Below, in pieces: positions 11,090 to 22,439 of a stretch of DNA of 64,000 nt. Below the pieces are notes generated by a model. That model was given only the letters and a program-made list of their open reading frames with translations. It was not told the DNA's origin and searched no databases. A program made the translations under genes and the position numbers. Location of the stretch: positions 18,104,001 through 18,168,000 of the forward strand of contig NC_092400.1 of NCBI RefSeq assembly GCF_030028105.1, read 5' to 3'. The stretch is from Mobula birostris (taxonomy: Eukaryota). The first letter of the stretch is position 1. Each line of letters opens with the position of its first letter.

Positions 11090-11234
11090 CCAGCCCCTAC
11101 ACTCAAACCCAGGGCCACTTATATTCCCAGCCACAAGACGAGCATCAGGTGCCTTTGATTAAGCCCAACTGAAACAAGGGACAGCCGGAAGACCCGGAGT
11201 CCGGAGTCCACAGTCCACAGACCGGACTATGAAA

Positions 11235-11850
11235 ATCTGAATGGATGAAGATCTATCCTGGTGCGCAATGGAGATGCAGAGGGACATGATGGGACATGAT
11301 GGCAGCAGAGGGCTTCAGAGGTATCACAGGCATACGTGATCCCTTGGCTTGTAGGGAAGTAGTAGATACAAACTGTGAGTTATAAAACTAATGCTGGAGG
11401 GTAAATGGAGTCTTCTGAAGAAATATGTCAGGGATTCCTATGAGAGATGAAAGCCTGATGCTCAGTGGTGGGTCGTGATCCTGTTGGAAATATGAGAAAG
11501 TGTCCAGGAGATGACATTCAGGAGAGAGTAATTTGCACGAGCACTGACACACTTTCCTTGTCAGCAGGTCTGACGACAATGCAGGAGTCATTCTCACTGA
11601 GGAGAGTGTTGCAAATTCAGATTCACTCGGTTAGAGCGAGCAAATTGAAATAATCAGAGTTCAGTTGGCAGAGAGCGATGAATGGATCTGGAGAAGGAAA
11701 GGACTTTGAAGAGGGACCCAGTTTTGTGGAGGATTCTGGAAATGGGGAACCTCAGTGTTGAGAGTACCTGACCATGGGGACTCAGGTTTTTAAGCACTTC
11801 TCAAGAGAGTCTGGAGTCAAGCATCACTCGAGTTTCTCATGGGAATAGCA
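11235..11850 (-). mobile_element. Ancient Penelope-like RT remnant (paralogs ~20520-21140, ~28680-29330)
   Basis: Minus strand gives IVV(R/K)PADK (cf. IKPADKG) and CISIAHQD (cf. YTSIPH); heavily degraded. Confidence 0.5.
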
Positions 11851-11895
11851 GTAGATGAATAGCCTGCTGTAAATTGCTCCTAGTGTTATCCCATA

Positions 11896-12225
11896 AGGCC
11901 ATAAGATATAGGTACAGAATTAGGCCATTTAGCCCATTGACTCTGCTCTGCCATTTCATCGTGGCTGATCCATTTTCCCTCTCAACCCCAATCTCCTTCC
12001 TTGTTTCCAATTCTCTTCATGCCCTGACTAATCGAGAACCTCTGACTTTAATATACCCAATGCCCTGGCATCCACAGCCACCTGTGACAACGAATTGCAC
12101 AGAGTGACCTCTCTCTGGAGAAAGAAATCGTTCCTCATCTCCATTTAAAAGGCTTCCTTCTATTCTAAAGCTGTGCCTTCTGGTCTTACACGCCCCCATC
12201 AGAGGAAACATCCTCTCCACATACA
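11896..12225 (-). mobile_element. CR1 3'-end fragment (same site as 21625-21955)
   Basis: ORF 12017..12226 VERMFPLMGACKTRRHSFRIEG; the paralog gives RRNFFSQRVVNLCNSLP. Confidence 0.85.
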
Positions 12226-12505
12226 AATTTGGTAGGTGGTAGAATGTGGCAGGAAGAAAATAGGATGTGGGGAGAATTTTAAAAAATTTTAATTAACTTT
12301 AGCATTTGGGTAAATGGAGGTTTGACAGTCACCAGAAACATAATGGGGTAAATCGCTCATTCCTCACTGTGATATTGTGCTTTGCTAAGAGAATGAACAA
12401 TATGTGTATCCAAAACCCAACAATTTTAAGTTGTTAGTTGCCATGAACCACACTGAACATGCACTTTGTCACACAAATGGAACTGTGGCAAGCCTCACTC
12501 TAAAG

Positions 12506-13708
12506 CAGGGGTCCCCAGGTACTGGGCCGCAAAGCATGCGCTACCAGGCCATGAGGAAACGATATGATTTGGCGATATGCGTCAGCTGCACCTTTCCTCA
12601 TTCCCTGTCACGCCCACTGTTGAGCCATTATGCACGCGAGGTCATTACCCGTGCGTCATCCATGTCAGCGCAGGAAGGAGATCAACTCCTCCAGCTTGTA
12701 AATGACGGCCGGCTGGAAAGTATGTTTGACATAACATCTCTGCCAGCATTCCGGATCAAAGTCAGGGCTAAGAATCCTGAGATAGTCAGGAAAGGACTGA
12801 AAACATTGCTTCCATTTCCAACATATCTCTGCAATGAATGCAACGAAAACTAAGTTGCAGAATAGACTGGACATAAGGATTTCCCTTCAAGTATCGCTGT
12901 CTCCCATCACCCCTCGATAGGACCGTCTTGTTGCAGGGAACAAGTATTCAGCCCAGGGCTCCCACTGAATCAGCGATATTAGTGTGTTGCAATGATTTTA
13001 TATGTTCATACGGGGAAAATATGTGCTGTGCATTTAATATCCAAACGTTACTTAAAATGTTATGATGCTATTGACTTATATTACCATATAACAATTACAG
13101 CATGGAAACGGGCCATCTCTGCCCTTCTAGTCCGTGCCGAACGTTTACTCTCACCTAGTCCCACCGACCTGCACTCAGCCCATAACCCTCCATTCCTTTC
13201 CTGTCCATATACATATCCAATTTTTCTTTAAAAGATAATATCGAACCTGTTTCTGCCACTTCCACTGGAAGTTCGTTCAACACTTACTTCAAGCTCCCCT
13301 GTCCTCCCCTGATAATTGACTGATCACTATATTCATGCGGGGAAAATATGCGCTGTGTGTTTAATATTAAATTCGTTAGAGAAACCTTTTAGAAACAAAA
13401 TTGAGTGTATTAGCCACTTATCACCTACATTCCGGTCATGATTAACAGACACCCCCCCCCCCCCGCCCGAACAGAATCGCCAAAAACCATTTGTAGAAAA
13501 AAATCAGCAAGTACACGCATGCGCACTGGTGCCCGCGCAAGGCTTCATGGTCATTGCAGTCTTTCTCGGGGTATACCCAACGTATTTGACTGCTACTCTT
13601 GTCCGTTAGCAAACATTCCCCCCCCCCCACCCCACCGGGTCGGCCGGTCCGCCAAAACATTGTCAATATTAAACCGGTCCGCAGTGCAAAACAGGTTTGG
13701 GACCCCTG
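12506..13708 (+). mobile_element. Non-autonomous hAT (Charlie/Buster type) DNA transposon
   Basis: TIRs caggggtcccca...tttgggacccctg; 8-bp TSD ctctaaag (12498-12505, 13709-13716); transposase C-terminal remnant LPAFRIKVRAKNPEIVRKGLKTLLPFPTYLC; empty sites at ~22150 and ~29978. Confidence 0.92.
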
Positions 13709-14017
13709 CTCTAAAGTTCGTAGCTTCTTTCACCGTCAGCTCTTTAACCATATTAGGAACAATTCCTCATTCCATTTCTTCACTCAGACTGACTCACTCC
13801 CTTCCCATCCAGGGAATGTGGTGCTAAACTGAAAGCAAGCCCAAATGGTCAGAGTGGAAGTGTGCCCTTACGTTCTCAGTAAGGCCACCAGTCTCAGGTG
13901 CCCTGTTCGCTGCCAGATCCAGAATGAATGTTGGCATCATTCACATTCCTACTCAAGGATAATAGCCTAGAAACAGCTACTGTGCATACGTTAAGGATTT
14001 GATCACAAGTTACAATA

Positions 14018-14475
14018 AACGCAGTGGCCACTTTACTAGGTAAATCCTCGACCTAATAAAGAGGTCACTGAGTATATGTTTGTAGTCCTCTGCTGCTCCA
14101 GCCAATCCACTTCAAGGCTCGACATGTTCAGCATTCAGAGATGCTCATCTGCACAACGCTGTTGTAACACATGGTTATTGGAGATCCTGTCCGCAAGAAC
14201 CTGTCTGGCCATTCTCCTCTGACCTCTCTCATTAACAAAACATTTTCACCAACAAAACTGCTTCTCACTGGATGTTTTTTGGTTTCTTGGTCCATTCTTT
14301 GTAACCTCTAGAGACTGTTGTGAGTTAAAGTCCCAAAGGTCAGCAGTTTCTGATATACTCAGTCCACACCATCTGGCACCAACAATCATTCTATGGTCAA
14401 AGTCACTTAGGTCACATTTCTTCCTCACTCTAACGTTTGGTTCAAACAACAATTGCATTGAGTTTCTGCAACATG
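14018..14475 (-). mobile_element. Tc1-like non-autonomous element with a transposase N-terminal HTH remnant
   Basis: cagtggccactttactaggt TIR; ORF 14246..14545 KCDLSDFDHRMIVGARWCGLSISETADL. Confidence 0.8.
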
Positions 14476-14984
14476 AACGACCAGGTTCAACAACAGTTGC
14501 TACCCCCCAACCATCAAGCTCTAGAACAAAAGAGGATAATGACACTCATTATGTTTCTGCTGTTCCCACAACCAATGATCACACTTTACCTCGTTATTTC
14601 ATGTTCATCTTATTTAGTGCTATCTATTTTTATTTGCATCTGCACAATGGTTCCTGTGCTGTACTTCTCTATGATTTTAAATGAAATTATAATACTATAC
14701 CTATAAAGAGTTGTCTTTCTGATTAGACCGAGGATGATTGTTGTATAATTACTGGTGGGCCATGAGAAGAATTGACAGCCTCACTAGAAACACATTCCTG
14801 GGTTGATTTCTCCATTGTTCAAAACACAAAGGTAAAAACAGTCACAACATTTCAGAGACAAGTGAATTTATTCAGAGTTATCATATATGAAGTTCTGCAT
14901 ACAGCAAAATTCAGAGCATTGATAATTTTCATTCAAAGTTTATTAACTTTTCTCCCAGAAAGCATAAGATTCAATGCAATGTAT

Positions 14985-16162
14985 GCAAATGGCAATGTTA
15001 CAACAGTCATGGTGGAATTCAATATTCAGGTAGATTGGGTTGGTGCTGCTGGATTACTGGAGTGAGGGGGGATTTCTAGAGTGCCTATGAGATGGCTTTC
15101 TAGAGCAGCTGGTGGTTGAGCCAGCTAGAAGACCAGCTATTCTGGATTGAGTGTTGTGCAATGAACCAGAATTGATGAGAAACCTTAAGGTAAAAGAAAC
15201 CTCAGGGGCAAGTGATCATAATTTGATTGAATTCACCCTGAAACCTGAGAAGGAAAACCTAAAGTCAGATCTATCAGTATTACAGTGGAGTAAAGGGAAT
15301 TACAGAAGCATGAGAGAGTTGTCCAGAATTGATTGGGAAAAAAACACTGGCAGGGATGACAGCAGAGCAGCAATGGCTGGAATTTCTGGAAGCTATGCCG
15401 AAGACTGAGGATATATACATCCCAGAGAGGACGAAGTATTTTAAAGGAAAGATGACAAACCATGGCTAACAAGAGAAGTCAAAGCCAACATGAAAGCCAA
15501 AGAGAGGGGATATAATAGACTGAAAAGTAGTGGGAAATTAGAGGATTGAGGAGCCTTTAAAAAGCAACAGAAAGCAATAAGGATATCACTAGGAAGGTAA
15601 GGATGGAATACAGAAGCAAGCTAACCAATAATATTGAAGAGTTTAATACCAACAGTTTCTTAAGATACATAAAGTGTAAAAGAGAAGCGAGAGTGGATAT
15701 TGAACCATTGTAAATGATACTGGAGTGGTAGTAAAGGGTGGGGGGGGGTCTATGAAATAGCAGAGAAACAGAGTAATTATTTGGCATCCATTTTTACTGT
15801 GGAAGACACTAGCAGGATGGTGGAGGCTCCAGGGACAGGGGTCATGAAGTGTGTGAAGTTACCATGACCAGAGAGAAGGTTCTTGGAAAGCTGGAAGGTC
15901 TGAAGGTAGGTAAGTTACCTAGACCAGATAGTGTACACCCCAGGGGTCTGAAAGAAGTGTCTAAAGAGATTGTGGAGGTATTATTCATGATCTTTCAAGA
16001 ATCACTAGATTCTGGAATGATCCTGGAAGATGGGAAAATTGCCAATGTCACTCCACTCTTCAAGAAAGGTGAGAGGAAGAAAAAGGAAACTATAGACCAG
16101 TTCATCTCATCTCAGTGTTGGGAAGACGTCAAGAGTTGATTATTAAAGATGAGGTCTCAGGT
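14985..16162 (+). mobile_element. CR1 ORF2 fragment (duplicate of 1-1192)
   Basis: ORFs 15151..15408 and 15849..16139 nearly identical to 178..483 and 880..1170. Confidence 0.9.
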
Positions 16163-18031
16163 GGCTGGTAAATTGGTCCAGCAGATGCCCTCAGTGAAAT
16201 GAGCAGAATATTATTCAAATCCATCCAATTAAATATATTTAATTGCAGTTCCATGCACTTTGCTCACAGAGTACAGAGAGATAACAACATTCCCCGAGTA
16301 GGTTTTCTGTTACCACAAATATCTGCTGAATGGAAGTTAAAAGTGAGTTCTGCTCTCCTTCATGCAGCCTGGCCATGACTCCCCATGCTTCTGGGAGGAG
16401 AGGTAGCAACAGTCTCTCAGGCCACACTCCATAATGATGTTTCTAATGTGGTGAGGCAGTTCAGTCCATATTAAAGTCATTCGCTGCTGCACAGCTGCCG
16501 TACTCATAGTTTTCAATAACTAGCGTACCTCTGCATACAAGCATGCATGCACTTAAATCACAAACATATATGTGAGCACACACATGCACACACGACCGTG
16601 CATCACAAAGTTCTTCCACATTCCAGCCTCCCCAATCCAACTATCTGCATTGTGCAATCGTGCACGTATGCATATACATTTTGAAGCCCAGGCAGGTGTG
16701 TGTGAAATAGTGGAATAAAGGACACCAGAAATATTTTGATTGGATTCTGTGGGGGTGGGGGAGATGTGGAAGCAGGTTGTGGAAAGAACCTGCTATCTCA
16801 GTTTCTCACATACCCTTGTTTGTAAAGACATTCTTCACTAGGAATGTCGGTGTTCATTCCTTTCAACACTGCCCTCTTGTGTTGGAGTCCTTTGCTGCAA
16901 ACAATGATCCACATCAGTCATTTCCAGAGAGTTAGAGCAAGTAAATCGCTGTCGGTTGACATTCCCAGATGGAGCCGACCAGGTTAGCAAGATCATTTTA
17001 ACATTAGTATACCCGAGAGGTTTCTACAATACTCTGGTAACTTCATTGACACCCATAAGACATAGGAGCAGAACTGGGCTATTCGGCCCATCAATTCTGC
17101 TCCATCATTCCATCATGATTGATTTATTATTCTTCTCAACCCCATTCTCCTGTCACCTCCCCATAACCTTTGATGTTCTGATTAATCAAGAACCCATCAG
17201 CCTCCACTTTAAAACCACCCAATGATTTCACCGCCAGTCATCCGTGGCAAAGAATTCCACAGACTCTTCACCCTCTGGTTACAGAAGTGCATACTCATCT
17301 CTATTGTAAATGCTGATCATCCATCTTCAATACAGATAACCTCTTTTCATTCCAGATTTCAAATTTGGAAATAAATTCCCTAATTTTGAACCAGCGCTTC
17401 CGTTCCTATCTCCAGCTCACTCGGAGATGTTTTTTTTAAGAATCCGGTTCCAGTACCATCAGTATATGACTGCATGCAGTTTGCCTCCATCCCAGCAACT
17501 CCTAACATCACTTTCCTCCTGACTGAAAGTCCACAGGTAGGGTTGTTCTTGGATGAATAGATTACTGCTGATTCTGATGGACAGTCCAGCAACCTTCTAC
17601 CACTATAACGAGTAGAAGCCAGCTACAAAAGAGACACGGAGGCTGAATTCATCTGTGGAAGCAGTTGCTTATATGGAAAGAGGATATCTTAAATACCCAT
17701 ACACAACACAGAACACTTTCCTTTAAACCAGGGTTTCCAACATGTGGTCCACCACCCCCCGTTTAATTGTAAGGCCCCATGGCATACAAAAGAATGGGAA
17801 AACTGCTTGAAAGTAAGGAAAAGTTTCTTAAGGAATAAGCTCTGAAATAAACTAAGCTTCGTAGAGATAAGATGCAATTTCTTCTCTACATAAAGGGTAG
17901 TGTCTTACGGAACTTGTTCGTTAAGATCGATTTATCCCTCACAAAAATTTTAACATTTGATCACTTTCTCCTTTCGGGCGCATTAATCAGCTTTGCTTTG
18001 AGGGCATCTAGTTCACACAGAGCGGGAGCCA

Positions 18032-19039
18032 TCAGAAAGCGGTTACAGAGCTCGTTTGCTGATCCAAACTCTGGCGCCCTTGAGATGTTCCTTGTTCAGT
18101 GGCTGATCTGCGACAGCTTAAATTAAGAGGAAGCAGAGCTTTCTCCAAACCATCTTTAAACTGCGAAGTAGAAAAATAGTAAATAATGGGATCGACCACA
18201 CTGTTCAGATACGTTATAAACAACGTATTGTAAAAGATATTCGCTGCTATGTGATACGACTTGCAGTCAATTGACCTTCTCAGTTTAGTCACCAAAACCG
18301 CGACCGCAGCAACACTGCTGGGCAAGAAAAAAATGACAAAAACTGCAGCCACGGCTATCACAAGTTTCACAATTCGCTTATATTTAGCCCGCATTTCAGC
18401 TTCCATCTGCCGTAACCTCCAGATGATGGAGGACGTAGAGAATAGGATAACTGAAACTGGCAAAAGAAACTTAAAGAACATAAAAATAAAGCCAGTCCAA
18501 GCTGCTCTGAGACTCAGATCCTTCGTTATGCTGAAAGGCTCACAGTTTGTCACGTTGTGTTGTTCGAAGTGATGTTTGTCTGTCAGCAAGTGCAAGCAAA
18601 TAGCCACCGCTACAATCCACAGACTGCCTGCTATCTTCACCGCACACCTTGTAGAGATCTTGTTTACCTTGTGGAGTGGATGGACCACCTTAAAGTAACG
18701 ATCGATCGCTATAACCATGAGGAAAAAGACGCCGCCAGTTCGGTTCAGGGAAATCATGAATTTGTTCAGTCGACACAGTCCATCACCAAAACTCCAGTCC
18801 TTCCCTCGGATAAAATAAACAGCTCGAAAAGGTAGACAGCATAGTAACAGAGTGTCTGCAATCATGAGATTCAGTGAATATATAATACTTGGTTTCCGCG
18901 ACTTCACATGAACACAAAAGATCCACAAAGCAATCGTATTTCCAGCAAGCCCGAGGATGAATGTGATAATAATTATGGGCGGGTTGTAGGACGAGTTAAC
19001 ATCTTCAGCAGGAGCACATTGCGGGGTCGAGTTCGCCAT
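18032..19039 (-). CDS. Hydroxycarboxylic acid receptor / oxoeicosanoid receptor-like class A GPCR, copy 2 (335 aa)
   Basis: Full-length intronless 7TM ORF with Arg3.36, DRY, CEPF, DPIIY; N-terminal and ECL3 cysteines. Confidence 0.95.
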   Translation of the reverse strand: MANSTPQCAPAEDVNSSYNPPIIIITFILGLAGNTIALWIFCVHVKSRKPSIIYSLNLMIADTLLLCCLPFRAVYFIRGKDWSFGDGLCRLNKFMISLNRTGGVFFLMVIAIDRYFKVVHPLHKVNKISTRCAVKIAGSLWIVAVAICLHLLTDKHHFEQHNVTNCEPFSITKDLSLRAAWTGFIFMFFKFLLPVSVILFSTSSIIWRLRQMEAEMRAKYKRIVKLVIAVAAVFVIFFLPSSVAAVAVLVTKLRRSIDCKSYHIAANIFYNTLFITYLNSVVDPIIYYFSTSQFKDGLEKALLPLNLSCRRSATEQGTSQGRQSLDQQTSSVTAF

Positions 19040-19124
19040 TGTGCGAAAAAGTCAAGTTGTGTCCAGGGAGAGCAAACTCGATCAGAGACGAACAATCTGT
19101 AAAGTTGATCTTCGAATGAGTTTG

Positions 19125-19210
19125 TTCCCCTGTGGGTGGAGTATATGGGCGGGGTGAAATAGTCAGAGCACCAATAAATTGTGCGATCGAATCATCAATT
19201 CCAGGAAAAC
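19125..19210 (-). promoter_or_regulatory. Candidate proximal promoter module of copy 2 (GC box, CCAAT, GAS)
   Basis: gggcgggg ~19147, ccaat 19171, ttccaggaa 19199-19207. Confidence 0.45.
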
Positions 19211-19511
19211 TAGAAGCATCAGCGTTTAAATTAAGCTGCAAACAATGAAATATATTTAGCTTTCATTGCCAGGCATAAGATTGTACAATACATAGTTTTG
19301 CTGTTGAATGCATGAATAATTTTATATTAAAAATTAATGAGGGTGCGTAATTTTAAGCTGATAGGAGGGAAGTGTGGGGGTGGGGCAGAGTTTTATACGC
19401 AGCAAGGTTGGGTGCGAGGAACACGCTGCCAGGTTTGGTGGTAGAGGCAGATACATTAGGGGCATTTCAGAAACTGTTACGAAGGCACATGGATGATAGG
19501 AAAATGGAGGA

Positions 19512-19860
19512 TTATGTAGGGTTTGACTGCAGGGTCGAGTTCGCCATTGTGCGAAAAAGCGGTCACACAGTCAAGATGTTTCAGAGGGGAGCAAACTCAT
19601 TCGAAGATGAACAACCTTATAAGCTGATCTTCTTCGAATGAGTTTGTTCCCCTGTGGGTGGAGTATATGGGCGGAGTGAAATAGTCAGAGCACCAATAAG
19701 TTGTGCGATCGAATCATCAATTCCAGGAAAACTCGATGCATCAGCATTTAAATTAAGAAGCAGGGAATGAAATATGTTTGGATGTTATCACCAGGCTTAA
19801 AATAGTACAATATTTCGTTTTGGTGTTGAGTGCATGAGCAACTTTACATTAAAATTAATC
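19512..19860 (-). pseudogene. Stub of a lost GPCR copy: first 7 codons (MANSTLQ) plus a copy-3-type upstream region
   Basis: 19528-19547 tgcagggtcgagttcgccat is identical to 27734-27753; the following ~300 bp matches 27754-28070; reads MANSTLQSNPT* (19547-19512). Confidence 0.85.
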
Positions 19861-21404
19861 ATGGGGCAAATTTTAAGCTGATTGGGATGTCAAAGGCAAG
19901 TTTTTTTAAGCAGCCAGTGTTGGTTGAGAGGAACACGCTGCCGGGTGGTGGCAGAGGGAGGTACATTAGGGGCATTTTCAGAAACTCTTCGGTAGTCACA
20001 AGGATAACAAAAAAAAATAGAGGAATATGTAGGGGACAATGGTTAGACTGATCTCAAAGTGGGTTAAGAGTCGGCACACATCGTACTGTAATGGTCTATG
20101 TTCCAAAAATAGGAGCAGTTTTGTAGTATGAACCAACCCCAAAAAGTATTTCACTCTATTACTAAAGACATTTTTGCAAAATCTCCTGACGACAATTGAT
20201 ATGAAAATCATTTGGATGGGCTTTTAAACTGGAAAACGCTGGAAATTCCCAGCATGTCAACTTTGGAAAGCAAACCGAGCTTATGTTTCAGTATGGAGGT
20301 ATTTCCTTTTTTTCAGATATCAGCAGTTTTTCATTGCATTTTGAGATGGAGACGCCTCTCTAAACATCATCTGATATCAGTGAAGGCGTTGTATTTAAGC
20401 AACTATTTTTTTATTATTTTAAGGAACTGCAGTACGGAAGTCCATCTACTTCCTCTGGTTTGGGGAAATGATTCAGCATTAGTGACAAGGCTGCCGAACA
20501 AGATGGTTACAAAATTCCGAATGGATGAATATCTATCCTAGTGTGCAATGGAGATGCAGAGAGACATTATGGGATCAGGAAAGAGGAGACAGTCAAAGCA
20601 ATAGACGACTCTAGAGGTATCACAGGCATCTGTGAACCCTGCGCTTGTTGGGAGGAAGGAGAAAAAACTCAGTTATGAAACTGAAGCTGGAGGGTAAATA
20701 GAATCTTCGGGGGGAAATATGTCAAGGATTCCTATGGGAAATAAAAGCAAGATACTCAGTTGTGGGTAATGATTCCATTGGCATGGTGAGAAAGTGTCTA
20801 GGAGCTGACATTCAGGTTAGCGTAACTAGCACGAGCACTATCACACTGTCCTTGTCAGCACGTTTAACAACGATCCAGGAGTCATTCTTATTGAGGAGAG
20901 TGTTGCAAGTTCAGGTTCACTCGGTTAGAGTGAGCAAAATCAAATAGTTAGTGCTGAGTTGGCAGAGAGTGATGAATAGATCTGGAGAAGGAAAGGACTT
21001 TGAAGAGGGACCCAGTTTTGTAGAAGATTCTGGAAATGGGAAACCCTTAGTGTTGAGGACACCTGACCATGGGGACTCTGGCTTTTTAAGCGTTTCTCAA
21101 GAGAGTCTGGAATCACACAACACTCGAGTCACACAGGGGAAAAGCAGAACTTATGGATGGATCATCGGTGAATATATCTCTAGCGGTGTGAATGCTGAGA
21201 ATATTACGGCACAAACAGAATGGAGGGAGAGGGATCAGCAACAACACAGGTTCTTCCAATTCATCCAACAGTCACAAGCTTAGATCTACTTTGGCTGTGA
21301 GGTTATGGATGCTCTCGAAACAGTACATTAGAAATAAATGCAGGACCAGGCCATAGAGATCCTTGAACTTCATCCACAATTCATTCAGATCTTCACCTCA
21401 ACAC

Positions 21405-21610
21405 TTGCTGCACGTTGGCACGAGTGGTAGCACCTCTGCCTCTGCAGCAGAACTTTAGGTTCAACGTCTAACCCCAGATTCCTTTGGGTGTGGAGTTTGC
21501 ACATTCTCCCTGAACTGCATGGGTTTCCTCTGGGTGCTCCACCACCCTTCCACATGCCAAACACCTGCATCTCAGTAGATGAGTGGTCTGATGTAAATCT
21601 CTCCAAGTGT
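21405..21610 (+). mobile_element. tRNA-derived V-SINE (HE1-like); paralog ~29555-29720
   Basis: tggcacgagtggtagcac (A-box-like), ggttcaac (B-box-like), gtgtggagtttgcacattctccc...gggtttcctctgggtgctcc (V-domain). Confidence 0.75.
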
Positions 21611-21624
21611 TACACCGATGGGTC

Positions 21625-21955
21625 ATAAGATATAGGAGCAGAATTAGGCTATTTGGCCTATTGCCTCTGCTCTGCCATTTCATCATGACTGATCCATTTT
21701 CCCTCTCGGCCCCAATCTCCTGCCTTCTTCCCATATCCCTTCATGCCCTGACTAATCAAGAATCTATCAACCTCTGCTTTTATTATACCCAATGGCTTGA
21801 CCTCCACCGCCATCTGTGGCAATGAATTGCACAGATTCACCACCCTCTGGCTAAAGAAATTCCTCCTTGTCTCTGTTATCAGAGGCATCCCTCTATTCTG
21901 TGATGGGTTCTCTGGTCTTAGCATTCCCCACCAGAAGAAACATTCTCTCCACATG
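21625..21955 (-). mobile_element. CR1 3'-end fragment
   Basis: ORF 21658..21954 RRNFFSQRVVNLCNSLPQMAVE..IKAEVDRFL. Confidence 0.85.
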
Positions 21956-22439
21956 CACTCTTGGTCGGTGGTAGAATGTGGTAGGAACCGAAGAAGATGT
22001 AGGGAGGATTTAAAAGTAATTGAACAGACTTAGAATTTGGATAAATGGAGGCTTGACAGTCACCAGAAACATAATGGGCCAAATCGCTCATTTCTCACTG
22101 TGACTTTGTGTCGTGCTTCTAGAATTAAAAATGGAACTGTTGCAAGCCTCACTCTCAAGTATGCAGCTTCATCCACTGTCAGCTTAATTATCCATATCCT
22201 CATTCCATTTTCCTCACTCAAGCTGACTCACTCCCTTCCAATCCAGGAAATGGGGTACTAAACTGAAAGCAAGACAAATTAGGAAGTGAACCTTAGGTTC
22301 TAGCAAGGCCACCAATCTCAGGTGCCCTGTTAGCTGCAAGCTCCAGAATGAATGTTGGTATAATTCATGTTCTCACTCACGGATAACAGCCCAGATGCAG
22401 CTATTGTGCATATGTTAAGGATTTGATCACAAGTTACAA

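Larger units (their letters stand above)
8620..11231 (-). mobile_element. Partial LTR (Gypsy-like) split by a nested LINE
   Basis: Sequence continuous across the 14-bp TSD; internal ~63-bp tandem duplication at 8815-8945; cttatattc and ccggactatga near the end. Confidence 0.5.

Noticed and set aside
12404-12853. 149-aa ORF resembling ZBED/SCAND-type domesticated proteins
   Set aside because: Crosses the TIR of a non-autonomous hAT; only a short transposase remnant
2461-18090. Exactly 15,000-bp offset between units 1 and 2, suggesting an artefact
   Set aside because: The offset drifts along the duplicate and the copies differ by many substitutions, indels and TE insertions; coincidence
21405-21480. 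tRNA-like A/B boxes
   Set aside because: SINE head; no cloverleaf can be formed
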